DNA of 44,537 bases from Thiotrichaceae bacterium (GTDB lineage Bacteria; Pseudomonadota; Gammaproteobacteria; Thiotrichales; Thiotrichaceae): contig WFRR01000173.1 of the NCBI GenBank assembly GCA_015486375.1, positions 1 through 44,537 of the forward strand, written 5' to 3'. The translations under genes and the position numbers were made by a program. The first letter of the stretch is position 1, and every line of letters begins with the position of its first letter. The notes beneath the pieces were generated by a model. The model was not told where the DNA came from and made no database searches. It saw only the letters and a list, made by a program, of their open reading frames with translations. Shown in pieces: positions 29,946 to 40,420 of this stretch.

Positions 29946-30815
29946 ATGCGAAAAGGTATTATATTAGCAGGGGGGAGCGGTACACGCTTACATCCACTGA
30001 CTCAAGTGGTTAGTAAACAGTTAATGCCTGTTTATGATAAGCCGATGATTTATTACCCCCTCTCCGTATTAATGCTGGCAGGGATTCAAGAAATTTTGAT
30101 TATCACCACTCCCCATGATCAAGCTGCGTTTCAAGCACTGTTAGGTAATGGTTCACAATGGGGTTTAAATTTACAGTATGAAATCCAAGCAGAACCGAAT
30201 GGCTTAGCCGAAGCGTTTCTAATTGGTGAAAGTTTTATTGGTACTGATGAGGTCACCTTAATTCTCGGTGATAATATTTATTATGGTGAGGGCTTAGCAA
30301 AACGTCTACAAACGGTGGCACAACAAACGCAAGGTGCAACCGTATTTGGCTATTATGTCAGTGACCCTGAGCATTATGGTGTGGTGGATTTTGATTCACA
30401 CGGTAAAGCTCTTAGTGTCGAAGAAAAGCCGACTCAGCCCAAATCAAACTATGCAGTCACAGGCTTATATTTTTACGATAATGATGTGATTGAAATCGCC
30501 AAAGCGGTACAACCTTCTCATCGGGGTGAACTTGAAATCACTGATGTAAACCGTCATTACTTAGAACAAGGTAATCTAAAGGTAGAAATGCTTAAACGGG
30601 GTACAGCGTGGTTAGATACAGGCACACATGCCTCTTTACTCGATGCGGCTAATTACGTGCGTATTATCGAAGATCGCCAAGGCTTGAAGATTGCTAGCCC
30701 TGAAGAAATTGCATGGCGTATGCAATACATTAATACCGAACAATTATTAGCCTTAGCAGAACCGCTTAAGAAAAGTGGCTATGGGCAATATCTTACCAAT
30801 ATCATTAATATATAA
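29946..30815 (+). CDS. rmlA: Glucose-1-phosphate thymidylyltransferase
   Basis: [20 protein letters not shown]-terminus and RmlA-specific blocks (…YYGEG…YFYD…). 289 aa. Confidence 0.95.
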   Translation: MRKGIILAGGSGTRLHPLTQVVSKQLMPVYDKPMIYYPLSVLMLAGIQEILIITTPHDQAAFQALLGNGSQWGLNLQYEIQAEPNGLAEAFLIGESFIGTDEVTLILGDNIYYGEGLAKRLQTVAQQTQGATVFGYYVSDPEHYGVVDFDSHGKALSVEEKPTQPKSNYAVTGLYFYDNDVIEIAKAVQPSHRGELEITDVNRHYLEQGNLKVEMLKRGTAWLDTGTHASLLDAANYVRIIEDRQGLKIASPEEIAWRMQYINTEQLLALAEPLKKSGYGQYLTNIINI

Positions 30816-30834
30816 GCATTAGCAGTAAAAATTT

Positions 30835-31383
30835 ATGAAAATTATTGATACTGCAATTGCAGACGTTAAGATTATTGAACCAAGTGTATTCGGTGATCAA
30901 CGTGGCTTCTTTATGGAAACATGGAATGCGAATACCTTTGCTGATTTGGGCTTAGATATAACCTTTGTACAAGATAATCATAGTCGCTCACAACAGGGAA
31001 TTTTACGCGGCTTACACTATCAAATACAGCAAACCCAAGGTAAATTAGTCCGTGTTAGCTCAGGTTGTGTCTATGATGTCGCCGTTGATATACGCCGTTC
31101 TTCCTCGACCTTTGGGCAATATGTTGGAGTCGAACTCAGTGCAGACAATCAACGGATGCTATGGGTGCCACCCTACTTTGCACATGGTTTCTATGTGATC
31201 AGTGATAGTGCTGATTTTCAATATAAATGTACCGACTTGTATAACCCTGAATCAGAACAATGTATTGTTTGGAATGATCCTGAACTAAATATTCAATGGC
31301 CTCTCGTTAATAACACCCTACCGCAGTTATCTAATAAAGATCAGAATGGACAGCGTTTTAGTCAGGCAGTAGTGTTTGATTGA
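30835..31383 (+). CDS. rmlC: dTDP-4-dehydrorhamnose 3,5-epimerase
   Basis: Cupin RmlC fold motifs (DQRGFFMETW…RGLHYQ…QGKLVRV). 182 aa. Directly after rmlA. Confidence 0.95.
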   Translation: MKIIDTAIADVKIIEPSVFGDQRGFFMETWNANTFADLGLDITFVQDNHSRSQQGILRGLHYQIQQTQGKLVRVSSGCVYDVAVDIRRSSSTFGQYVGVELSADNQRMLWVPPYFAHGFYVISDSADFQYKCTDLYNPESEQCIVWNDPELNIQWPLVNNTLPQLSNKDQNGQRFSQAVVFD

Positions 31384-31686
31384 TCTGATTTTTTATTCAG
31401 GGGTAGTTGACGGTTAATCCATTTAAAATTACTAAAATAAAACGACAGAAAAAAAGCTAAACCACGCCCATGCGACCAATCCCCATACTAATAACATAGG
31501 AAATCTAAATTTAAAATCAAACATATAAGTCACTCTCTAAAAAATAATAATGGGTTGAGTGGTAGAATATAGTGACATCAAATAATGAACAAATAAGATA
31601 GAGGAACTCTTGATATATCTCAGGTTTTTAAACTTATTAGTGCAAAATAGGTGGAATTATTGTTGAATATTTTAAATGCAAAAAAA

Positions 31687-31714
31687 AGAGAGATTAAGGT
31701 AACTTAATCTCTCT
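31687..31714 (-). terminator. Candidate intrinsic terminator: perfect 12-bp stem, 4-nt loop, followed by a U-run on the minus strand
   Basis: AGAGAGATTAAG-GTAA-CTTAATCTCTCT, preceded on the + strand by A8 (31680-31687), which reads as U8 after the hairpin on the - strand. It lies 183 nt downstream of the porin stop, inside a 513-bp convergent gap. Confidence 0.35.
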
Positions 31715-31896
31715 AAAAGCCGACTATTCTTTGCTCTCAAAAGAACAGTTCTAAACCAACCAAGACTCTAGATAGTGCTCTAATTCTATCTAAATTTCTT
31801 ATCTTGATATTTTTTTATTAAGAAAGATCCCATTTCTATCATTTTTAGATAGTCAATACGATCTTCCCTTTTCTAAATCATTAGCAAAGGCTGTGA

Positions 31897-32871
31897 TTAG
31901 AATTTTTGTACAACACCAAATGCAACACCATCACGATCAGCAACTGTATCATCAGAATAATCAACCGATGTGTACATTGCGCTTAGCGTGGTATTTTCTA
32001 ATACATTATAGAAAACACCTACCGCCGCACCATCACTATCACTATTACGACCTGCACCTGCTAGACCATCAGAAACATTACTAACTGAAGCGGCTAATTT
32101 CACTTTAGGGCTAACTTTGTATGTACCATTGACGTGAGTGAATTTAGCATTATCTGCACCACCAAAATCAACACTTTCTAATGAGGCAGCAACTGTACCT
32201 GCTGCGCCCACTTTTGCTGAAGCATAAATGCGAGTTGCACTTTCAGCACCACCGTTTGCAGCGATGACAGGGGTATCACCTAATTCTAAGTGTGCGACAC
32301 CTACTTTGAAGTTTTTGTTTGCATACTGAACACCAACACCATAGTCATGATCATCTGTCGCTGCATCATCAATTGTAATAGAAGCATTGAAAGAAATACC
32401 ACTACCGATAGTCGGTGAGTAGTATGCAATTGTGTTACTAGTGAAGCCATTATTTAGGCTTGAGTAACCGTGGTTAGAACCACTATTGCTAGTACCTGCA
32501 CTTGTATCATAGAAAGGATCTTGTTTAACGCCTGCCATTTTGTAAGGTGTAGATAAACGACCATAGATTACTTTACCAAAACCGCCTTTTAGACCTGCAA
32601 AGTAGAAACGACTACTCAGTGCTTCACCCCCTGCATCGTTATTTGCACCCATTTGTAAATGGTAAATACCTTTTAGATTATCATTGCCAATTGCGCCTTT
32701 GATTCCAAGACGAGAAGCATTGTTTTCAACTTTAGCAGAATTATCTGCACCGTTAAGATCACCAGTAGTTAAAGAGGCACGGAAGTTACCATAAATTTTA
32801 GTGTCGGCAGTTGCAATTGCAGGTGCAGCAAGGGTGGTAGCGATTGCAGCTACGATTAATGTTTTTTTCAT
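31897..32871 (-). CDS. Outer-membrane general porin (Gram-negative porin superfamily)
   Basis: Signal peptide MKKTLIVAAIATTLAAPAIATA. Gly/Ala/Ser-rich β-strand periodicity. C-terminal aromatic (…GVVQKF) typical of OM β-barrels. 324 aa. Confidence 0.8.
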   Translation of the reverse strand: MKKTLIVAAIATTLAAPAIATADTKIYGNFRASLTTGDLNGADNSAKVENNASRLGIKGAIGNDNLKGIYHLQMGANNDAGGEALSSRFYFAGLKGGFGKVIYGRLSTPYKMAGVKQDPFYDTSAGTSNSGSNHGYSSLNNGFTSNTIAYYSPTIGSGISFNASITIDDAATDDHDYGVGVQYANKNFKVGVAHLELGDTPVIAANGGAESATRIYASAKVGAAGTVAASLESVDFGGADNAKFTHVNGTYKVSPKVKLAASVSNVSDGLAGAGRNSDSDGAAVGVFYNVLENTTLSAMYTSVDYSDDTVADRDGVAFGVVQKF

Positions 32872-33233
32872 AACGATATACTCTAAATTGTTTGGCCTAA
32901 AAGTAGTAAATAAGACACAGTGTTATTATTAGTGAGTTACTTTCTCAAGTACTGCATCTCTATTTAATCAAAACACTTTATCAAAAAATTAAACAGGCTG
33001 ATAAAGTCAAATAATGTAAAGGACAATAGTAGTATTGTGGCAAATATGCAACGTTTATTTACCCGATATAGCCTTTTATCTTTTATTCATTGACAAAAAG
33101 TTCCCGAAAAACGACAAAATTCTCACTTTTGGTTAAAATTAACTCAATTATCCTAATAAAGTATGACAAAAAAACAAGGGTCATACTACAGTTTTTTGTA
33201 TTATAAACGCCCTTTCCATTTGAGATAATAATT

Positions 33234-33848
33234 ATGAAACTTCCTGTTCTTGCGCTTGGTTTATTATTTTCCGTTGCCTCTATTTCTGCTAATGCATGTA
33301 GTAAAAATGAGGTTGATCACTATTTAAAAAGTGGCTTTACTCATGCTCAAGTTGTAAAACTATGTGCAGGTAAAAGCAATAACAATGCAATGATTACTGC
33401 ACCTGCTAAAGATATTCGTCCTCTGGCAACCTCACCCTATGCGAGTAATACTAATGATCAAATATTTTTTAAATCTGCGATCAAAGCACATAAAACTGAA
33501 ATGTCAGCGGATAAGTTAGTCTACTTTAATAATGAGTGTATGGATTTTGGGCTTGAAGATATGACGGGTGAAAAAGAACGTCTCTGTCGTGATGTAAAAA
33601 CAACAGTTCACTATACAGGCTTAAGTTTAATTCAAACCCAAAAAGAAATTCCTTTAATCCAAAAATCACATTTAATCATGAAAGGAAATATTAAACGTGA
33701 ATTATTACAACCAGATAGCATCCCTAATCGTCATAAGAAAGCCTTTTTTGAAGATTTTGCAACCGCACCTGCAAGTATTGATATTCCTTTCAGAAAGGGT
33801 TTTGACCCTAAACAAATTGCGAGCCGTTTGATGAACTATGCACGCTAA
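33234..33848 (+). CDS. Exported hypothetical protein
   Basis: 204-aa ORF with a cleavable signal peptide (MKLPVLALGLLFSVASISANA). Several Cys residues. No motif recognised. Confidence 0.5.
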   Translation: MKLPVLALGLLFSVASISANACSKNEVDHYLKSGFTHAQVVKLCAGKSNNNAMITAPAKDIRPLATSPYASNTNDQIFFKSAIKAHKTEMSADKLVYFNNECMDFGLEDMTGEKERLCRDVKTTVHYTGLSLIQTQKEIPLIQKSHLIMKGNIKRELLQPDSIPNRHKKAFFEDFATAPASIDIPFRKGFDPKQIASRLMNYAR

Positions 33849-33851
33849 AAT

Positions 33852-36062
33852 CTAAGTATCCAGCGGATCAATATCAATACTCCAGCGTAATTGTCCGCCC
33901 TTACGAATTTTTCCAATCGTTTCTAATTGCTGTTTAATCGCATGGTGTAAAACGCTACGTTGCGTTGAGGTTAGTAACAATTGCGCCCGATACCATTTTG
34001 CTCTTCGCTCCATTAGGGAGGGCATTGGTCCCATTAATGTCAAGCCTTCAATTTCCTTAAAATACATTAAAACCCTTTCTAAGAACTGTAAGGCATTCGG
34101 TTGCTTAAGACTTTCAGCGCGGATGAGTGCTTGATAACTATAGGGCGGTAAATTCCATAGTTTTCGTTCTGCCAATAATGCATTAGCGAAACTTAAATAG
34201 CCTTCACTGAGTAAAGTCACTAATAGGGGATGGTCTGGTTGACTGGTTTGTAAAATCACTCGACCTTTGTGTTTACCCCGTCCAGAGCGTCCTGATACTT
34301 GTATAATTAGTTGTGCAAGCCGTTCGGGAGAACGAAAATCGGTACTATATAAAGAGCGATCAATATCTAAAATCCCCACTAAGGTAACTAAAGGGAAATC
34401 ATGCCCTTTGGCGAGCATTTGTGTGCCAAGCAAAATAGCCGCCTTACCTGCACGGATATGCTGTAACTTATGATCCATTTCCCCTTTTTTACGAATCGTA
34501 TCACGATCAATACGAATAATTGTTGTATCAGGAAAATGTCCTTGTAAAGCAATTTCAACCCGTTCTGTACCTTGCCCTTGTGTATCTAGTTGTCTTGATT
34601 GACAGTTAGGACAAGATGTAATGACATGTTCTTCATAACCACAGTGATGACATCGCACTTTTTGATCTTTAGCATGTAAGGTCATATTGCTATCACAATC
34701 ACGACATTGTGAATGCCAGCCGCAATTTTGACAGAGTAATGTGGGTGCAAAACCACGTCGATTCAAAAACAACATGACTTGTTGGTTCTTATCTAGACGT
34801 TGTTGGATTTGTTGTAATAGCGGAGTCGATAAACCTGCCTTCAAGGGTGAACCTAAAGTACTTTGTACTGTGATGATGGGAGAAGATCTTGCACCTGGAC
34901 GACGACTTAAATGCACATAGTGATATTTACCCGATTGACTATTATGCAGGGTTTCTAAAGCAGGGGTTGCTGAGCCTAATACAATAGGGATTTTTAAATC
35001 GTACGCCCGTTTTACCGCAATATCCCGCGCATGATAACGAAAGCCTTCATGTTGTTTAAAGGAAAGGTCATGTTCCTCATCAATAATAATGACACCGAGT
35101 TGTTTAAATGAAGCAAAGACGGCCGAACGTGTGCCAATAATAATATTAGCTTCACCTGATTTAAGTGCGACCCAATGTGATAAACGCGTCATCCGTGCAA
35201 TGGCAGAATTTAAACTCACCACGCTTTGTTGCGGAAAAAAACGTTGAAACCGATCAATCAGTTGTGTGGTTAAACCAATTTCTGGAACAAGAATCAAAGC
35301 TTGCTGACCCGCCTTAATGGCAGCGGTAATCATGCGTAAATACACTTCTGTTTTACCACTGCCTGTAATGCCATGTAATAAAATCGGCTTTGGACAAGCT
35401 TGTTTGGCTTCATCTTCAAACCGTTGTACGGCATCACTTTGCTCATCGGTGAGCGTTAGTGGCGCAACAATTTTAACCTCTTTACTCGGGGTAAAACATT
35501 GATAAGGAGATATTTCCGAAGACTGAATCCAGCCTTTTTCTTTTAGGGCTTTTAATATCGTACGATAACTTGCCCCTAATAATTGTTTACATTGTTGTTC
35601 AGACACAACAGGGGTTTCTAGCAAGGTAGTAATCAGTAGTTTTTGTTTTTTAGCCCGATTCAATCTACCAATATCTTTAGCTTGTTGTGATGAGCTGGAT
35701 TGCCAAATGGTAGTCGGGGGTACTTGACGGGTTTTGCGTAAAGCGAGCGGCACAGCGGTAAAAACAATATCACCAATTGCAGTATGATAATAGCGATTAC
35801 ACCATAGTAATATCGCTAATAAGCTCGGTTCAAAAATAGGCTCAGAGTCAATAACACGAATAATATTTTTAAGTGTTTGTGGTGGCTTAGACTGATCAGA
35901 TTCAGATTGTACTGCCATAACAACCCCTGTGACTTCTGTATGACCGAGAGGAACTTGAACTCGACAACCTGCTTGAATGCTTAAGTCCGAACTGCGATAA
36001 CTTAGGCTGTAATAAATAGGACGTGGAACAGCAACCTGTAAAATAATATAGCGTGGCTTCAT
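33852..36062 (-). CDS. priA: Primosomal protein N' (replication restart helicase)
   Basis: Walker A GITGSGKTEVY. DEEH box (IIIDEEHD). Cys-rich zinc-binding insertion (CQNCGWHSQCRDCDS…CHHCGY…CPNCQS). 736 aa. Confidence 0.95.
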   Translation of the reverse strand: MKPRYIILQVAVPRPIYYSLSYRSSDLSIQAGCRVQVPLGHTEVTGVVMAVQSESDQSKPPQTLKNIIRVIDSEPIFEPSLLAILLWCNRYYHTAIGDIVFTAVPLALRKTRQVPPTTIWQSSSSQQAKDIGRLNRAKKQKLLITTLLETPVVSEQQCKQLLGASYRTILKALKEKGWIQSSEISPYQCFTPSKEVKIVAPLTLTDEQSDAVQRFEDEAKQACPKPILLHGITGSGKTEVYLRMITAAIKAGQQALILVPEIGLTTQLIDRFQRFFPQQSVVSLNSAIARMTRLSHWVALKSGEANIIIGTRSAVFASFKQLGVIIIDEEHDLSFKQHEGFRYHARDIAVKRAYDLKIPIVLGSATPALETLHNSQSGKYHYVHLSRRPGARSSPIITVQSTLGSPLKAGLSTPLLQQIQQRLDKNQQVMLFLNRRGFAPTLLCQNCGWHSQCRDCDSNMTLHAKDQKVRCHHCGYEEHVITSCPNCQSRQLDTQGQGTERVEIALQGHFPDTTIIRIDRDTIRKKGEMDHKLQHIRAGKAAILLGTQMLAKGHDFPLVTLVGILDIDRSLYSTDFRSPERLAQLIIQVSGRSGRGKHKGRVILQTSQPDHPLLVTLLSEGYLSFANALLAERKLWNLPPYSYQALIRAESLKQPNALQFLERVLMYFKEIEGLTLMGPMPSLMERRAKWYRAQLLLTSTQRSVLHHAIKQQLETIGKIRKGGQLRWSIDIDPLDT

Positions 36063-36226
36063 GTGAGGATCACGATTAAAGAGAGCCTGATAAGTTTAGA
36101 AGATATAGTAGAGGTGATCAAATCTGATAAGTGCTGTAACCATCTCAGATAAAAAATGACACACAAGCGCAAAAGATGAAACAATAGTTCCTATTGAAAA
36201 TTAACATTGCTCAGATACAATTCATT

Positions 36227-37474
36227 ATGAAAAATTACGATATTATTATTATTGGTGCAGGTCCTGCTGGCTTGAGCTTTGCCCGTTCGTTTAAAGATAC
36301 AAAATTACAGGTCTTAGTACTCGAAAAATCTCCCTTAGAAAAAATCGCTAAGCCTGCGCCCGATGGACGGGAAATTGCACTGACACATTTATCATTAAAA
36401 ATAATGACTGAGCAAAAGACATGGCAAGCATTACCCCAAGAAGTCATTTCTCCGATTCAGTATGCCAGTGTTGTCAATGGTGATTCGCCTTATTCCCTCA
36501 ATTTTGATCATAAAAAAGCCAAAGTGGATGCACTAGGTTATCTTGTTCCCAATTACCAAATTCGCCAAGCGATTTATAATGAAGTTGTGGATCTTGATAA
36601 TATTGAAATTCTGACCGATGTGACAGTTGAAGATGTTAATACAGATGCTGAAACTGCTTTTGTCAGCTATATGAAAAGTACAGATGCTAATACCATTTCT
36701 ACAGCAGAAATGGTTACCGCTCAGTTAGTGGTTGCTGCGGACAGTCGCTTTTCAGCGACTCGGCGCAAAATGGGTATTCCTTGCCAAATGCGCGATTTTT
36801 CTCGCACAGCAATTGTATGTCGAATGCAACATGAATTACCCCATAAAGAAACCGCCTATGAATGTTTCTATTATGGTCGCACGATGGCTATTTTGCCCAT
36901 GAATAATCGTGTTTCTTCTGTGGTCATTACGATGTCATCCAGTGCTGCCAATACACTGATGAATATGAGTGATGAAAGTTTTAATCGTGATATAGAACAT
37001 CATTTTCAGAATCGTTTAGGTAAAATGACCTTACTCGATAAACGTTATTCCTACCCGCTTATTGCCATTCATGCGGATCGTTTTTATGCTAATCGTTTTG
37101 CTGTCATTGGGGATGCTTCTGTCGGTATGCACCCTGTCACTGCACATGGTTTTAATTTAGGCTTACAAGGGCAACATATTCTTGCCACTGCTATAAAAGA
37201 TGCTGCCACGCGTGGCAAAGATATTGCCTCTCAACGGATATTAAAACACTATAACTTCTTACATCAACAAAACACCCGTCCTTTGTATCATGGTACAAAT
37301 GGCATTGTGACCTTGTTCACTAGTGAAACGCTACCTGCAAAATTAGCGAGAAAAGCTATGTTGCATCTTGCCAATAATGCTTTTCCACTTAAAAAATTAA
37401 TTAGCAATAAGTTGACTGAAGCTAATCAAGGCGTGAACTTACCTAAGTTGCCTTTACCATTTTTTATACGTTAG
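36227..37474 (+). CDS. FAD-dependent monooxygenase, UbiH/UbiF/VisC/Coq6 family
   Basis: Rossmann GxGxxG at the N-terminus (YDIIIIGAGPAGLSFA). DG motif and a C-terminal FAD-binding 'GDASVGMHPVTAHGFNLG' block. Start taken at ATG 36227; the ORF track's 36194 is a TTG. Confidence 0.85.
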   Translation: MKNYDIIIIGAGPAGLSFARSFKDTKLQVLVLEKSPLEKIAKPAPDGREIALTHLSLKIMTEQKTWQALPQEVISPIQYASVVNGDSPYSLNFDHKKAKVDALGYLVPNYQIRQAIYNEVVDLDNIEILTDVTVEDVNTDAETAFVSYMKSTDANTISTAEMVTAQLVVAADSRFSATRRKMGIPCQMRDFSRTAIVCRMQHELPHKETAYECFYYGRTMAILPMNNRVSSVVITMSSSAANTLMNMSDESFNRDIEHHFQNRLGKMTLLDKRYSYPLIAIHADRFYANRFAVIGDASVGMHPVTAHGFNLGLQGQHILATAIKDAATRGKDIASQRILKHYNFLHQQNTRPLYHGTNGIVTLFTSETLPAKLARKAMLHLANNAFPLKKLISNKLTEANQGVNLPKLPLPFFIR

Positions 37475-37512
37475 ATGATACAAAATGACTATTTGAAGCG
37501 TAATCAAGTCAT

Positions 37513-37983
37513 TTAAAGCTGAGTCTCAATAAAATTAATGAGTGAATCACGGCGATTATTTTTTGAGAATTGGGGTCGTTCTAATGACTGATATTGCGCT
37601 AAATAATGAAATAATTCTTTACTGCTTGGAGCAGCATAAACCCCTGTGAGCTTTGACATCCATTTAAGTCCATCCGCTTGGTGATCATTACGGTGTTCAC
37701 CTAATTGATATTGTCGATTCATCACAATAATGGGAATTTGTTGTTCACAGGCAGTAATAATATTGCCCATACCTGCATGAGAAACAATAACAGACGCTTG
37801 AGCAATTTTTTGTTGGTAGGTCTCAGCATCCATAAATTGCTCCCATTGCATCCGCTTTGGTTGATAGTCCGTTTCAGCAATTTGTGCAAAAGCGGTTTCA
37901 TTCGGATGAGTTTTTAACCATTGATCGACATTTTTAATTAAGCGATCAAAAGGAAATTGTGTTCCCACGGCAACAAAAATCAT
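37513..37983 (-). CDS. Cps14G/Alg13-like glycosyltransferase C-terminal-domain protein (catalytic half of a split β-1,4 glycosyltransferase)
   Basis: Aligns to pneumococcal Cps14G and yeast Alg13 (MIFVAVGTQFPFDRLIKNVD…SHAGMGNII…LGEHRNDHQ). 156 aa. Overlaps the upstream partner gene by 4 nt. Confidence 0.75.
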   Translation of the reverse strand: MIFVAVGTQFPFDRLIKNVDQWLKTHPNETAFAQIAETDYQPKRMQWEQFMDAETYQQKIAQASVIVSHAGMGNIITACEQQIPIIVMNRQYQLGEHRNDHQADGLKWMSKLTGVYAAPSSKELFHYLAQYQSLERPQFSKNNRRDSLINFIETQL

Positions 37984-38432
37984 AAAATTGCCCCTTGATG
38001 TTGAGCAATATCATCCTCTAAATCCTGCCACTGAGTGAGAAAAACATTCACATGCTTTTTAATCATACGTCCAGAGCGAGAAATCTGTTTGACATTGGCA
38101 ATACTGTCTACCCAAATCGTATTAATTCGTAATACCTTAGCCAGAAACATGGCTAATACCCCTGGAGCTGCACCTGTAGAAATAATGGTATCAGGACGTT
38201 CTTTCAGTAAGATATAGAAAATTTGTAAGGCACAAGGTAATAGTTTCCACTTATTATCAGCACTTACATCAATAATATTATAGTGTTTTTTATCTGCTTT
38301 AGATTTAAAACGTACAGCAGGGACAGCATAAATAATCTTATGTGATTGATGTTGTTGCAGACCATCACAAATTTTATTTAACTGTATCCAGTGTCCCCCT
38401 GGGGAAGAAATAGCGAGTATTTTTTTTGACAT
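37980..38432 (-). CDS. Cps14F/Alg14-like glycosyltransferase accessory or membrane-anchoring half
   Basis: ISSPGGHWIQL and RPDTIISTGAAPGV blocks match the Cps14F/Alg14 family. 150 aa. Confidence 0.75.
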   Translation of the reverse strand: MSKKILAISSPGGHWIQLNKICDGLQQHQSHKIIYAVPAVRFKSKADKKHYNIIDVSADNKWKLLPCALQIFYILLKERPDTIISTGAAPGVLAMFLAKVLRINTIWVDSIANVKQISRSGRMIKKHVNVFLTQWQDLEDDIAQHQGAIL

Positions 38433-38463
38433 GTTTTTTTATTAACGCTTTATTTAGCTGAAA

Positions 38464-39342
38464 TTATTGATCTTTTACAAAGTCTACATCGAAAGTATTG
38501 AGAACTAGCATTAATAGTTGAAAGAACTTATCTTCCGTACCATCAATTGATCGTCTAATCCAAAATCCAGAACAGACAGCGGTTTCATATACATCATAAC
38601 CTTGCGTTTCCATCGAATCAGAAAAATTTCTAAACGATTCCTGTAAAAAAAGACTGGGAGGAATATTGGACGAAGTTTTTTGTGATATAAAACTTGAAGC
38701 TGCACTAGATGAGGGTGCTGTTTTATCAATAGCAGATAAATATCCATTTATCACTGTTTGCTTATTAGCAGCAGGTTTATAACTTAAGAAAAAGGTTCTT
38801 AGATATTGTTTTAACTCATTATCATAAAATGGTTGAATATTAGCAATGAGTGCTTTATTGCCGAAAATCTGTGCCAAGATTTTATGAGTTTTCAATAAAA
38901 AATTAGGATTATAGTGACCAAACTCTGTTGCATTGGTATAGCTAATTCCCTGCTTATGCGTTTCGTTCAAGAATACTTTTTCTCCGACGATACTTTCAAG
39001 CATTGCGATGCTGATTACTTTCTTGGCTATTTGATAGCGACCCCTAATACCACTTTCAGGTATCCAGCTTTGTATACTTTCGTAATCTAATTCTGTGTCA
39101 TTGTGCATTTTTTCCCACTGGGTCGCCATAACATTTATTTTTTCACTTAATTCTTTTACTGGCTTTTCAGATTCTGGAATATTGATGTTGTTGTCAGTTT
39201 TTACTTCTTGTTGATTGGTTACTTTCGTTATCTGTTCTTTTGTCTCTTGCTTTAGGTTGTCCTCTTTAAAAAAGATAAAGGCTGCAAAAAATAATATAGA
39301 AATAACGATTGCTAGAATGATATAAGTTTTTGTTTTTAACAT
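38464..39342 (-). CDS. Membrane-anchored hypothetical protein in the polysaccharide gene neighbourhood
   Basis: 292-aa ORF with an N-terminal TM anchor (YIILAIVISILFFAAFIFF) and a predicted periplasmic remainder. No motif recognised. Confidence 0.5.
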   Translation of the reverse strand: MLKTKTYIILAIVISILFFAAFIFFKEDNLKQETKEQITKVTNQQEVKTDNNINIPESEKPVKELSEKINVMATQWEKMHNDTELDYESIQSWIPESGIRGRYQIAKKVISIAMLESIVGEKVFLNETHKQGISYTNATEFGHYNPNFLLKTHKILAQIFGNKALIANIQPFYDNELKQYLRTFFLSYKPAANKQTVINGYLSAIDKTAPSSSAASSFISQKTSSNIPPSLFLQESFRNFSDSMETQGYDVYETAVCSGFWIRRSIDGTEDKFFQLLMLVLNTFDVDFVKDQ

Positions 39343-39387
39343 ATTTCTATCCTGTATTTGATAGTTATAGTACCAATAATCAAGATT

Positions 39388-40338
39388 CTACTTTTTACGT
39401 AAATAAAATGCAGCTTGATCACCTTGCTGATGAGCATTGAGTTCTTTGGCTCGTTTCTCAAAGTCTTGGATTTGCTTTTCTGTAAAAGGGCTATTTTCTT
39501 TATTATCCGCATAAGATCGAGGATCACGGAGCGGAATATCTTGCTGATACTGTTCACTCCCCCAAAATTGCAGAGCATTGGAATCATAATGTATGTGTTC
39601 CAATGTGAATCCATGTTGTTCGGCTAGATACTGCATACTTTTAATAGAGTGTAAAAATAGGTGACGCGGGGCATCTAACTGCACCCAATCTAAGCCGTAA
39701 TGTACCCAAGCATAGGATGAAACCGTCGGTATACGAATAAGACAACAACCCTCCTGTGTTAGTAAACTATGAATCTTATCTAGTACTTCGTGTTGATCAT
39801 AAACATGTTCAAAGGAGTGATGGAACATAATCACATCCCACTGACCTTTAGCTTCATGGATTGACTGTTTTTTTATCTTTAAACCATTGTCATAGACAAT
39901 ATCCTTTTGATTAAAAGGATCAATACCCAAAAGCTGTTTAAAACCAATCTCTGCTAAGGAATGTAATAAATTACCTGCCCCGCAACCAACATCCATAATA
40001 CGAGATTGTTTAGTAATTTTAAGACGTTGCAATGTTGCTAATTTGGATTCAGGGTAAATAATGGAAATCAATTGTCCTAATATACATTGTCCTGTGACAG
40101 CGAATTTATTACGAAGCTGGATCAACTGCTTCTTTACAGGATGTTGATATTCATTCTTATGATAGGAGTAATAATTATCGGGATAATATTCAGCTAAATG
40201 ATCGGGTAAGGTGTCAATCTGTAAACAGCCACATTCGCTACACTCCAAATAATCATGTGTATCACGAATACCCAACATCATCTCTTTAGGTTGATGGTGA
40301 CGATTATTATTTTTATTACCGCAAATTTTACAGTCCAC
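39388..40338 (-). CDS. Class I SAM-dependent methyltransferase with an N-terminal Cys4 zinc ribbon (sugar C-/O-methyltransferase-like)
   Basis: CxxC…CxxC at the N-terminus (CKICG…CSECGC). SAM motif I VGCGAGNLL. This architecture is reminiscent of the nucleotide-sugar methyltransferases (Methyltransf_13 zinc-binding N-domain; TcaB9-like) found in O-antigen and antibiotic-sugar clusters. 316 aa. Confidence 0.7.
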   Translation of the reverse strand: MDCKICGNKNNNRHHQPKEMMLGIRDTHDYLECSECGCLQIDTLPDHLAEYYPDNYYSYHKNEYQHPVKKQLIQLRNKFAVTGQCILGQLISIIYPESKLATLQRLKITKQSRIMDVGCGAGNLLHSLAEIGFKQLLGIDPFNQKDIVYDNGLKIKKQSIHEAKGQWDVIMFHHSFEHVYDQHEVLDKIHSLLTQEGCCLIRIPTVSSYAWVHYGLDWVQLDAPRHLFLHSIKSMQYLAEQHGFTLEHIHYDSNALQFWGSEQYQQDIPLRDPRSYADNKENSPFTEKQIQDFEKRAKELNAHQQGDQAAFYLRKK

Positions 40339-40420
40339 TGCGATAGTCTCCTATTATTCCGTTGGTGTATGAATTATATGTTGCTATATCATAGTACAAT
40401 AGTATGTTCTGAAAAAAATA

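Noticed and set aside
31893-32084. 63-aa His-rich ORF (…HHHDQQLYHQ…)
   Set aside because: It lies entirely antisense to the porin gene and has no RBS. It is a compositional artefact.
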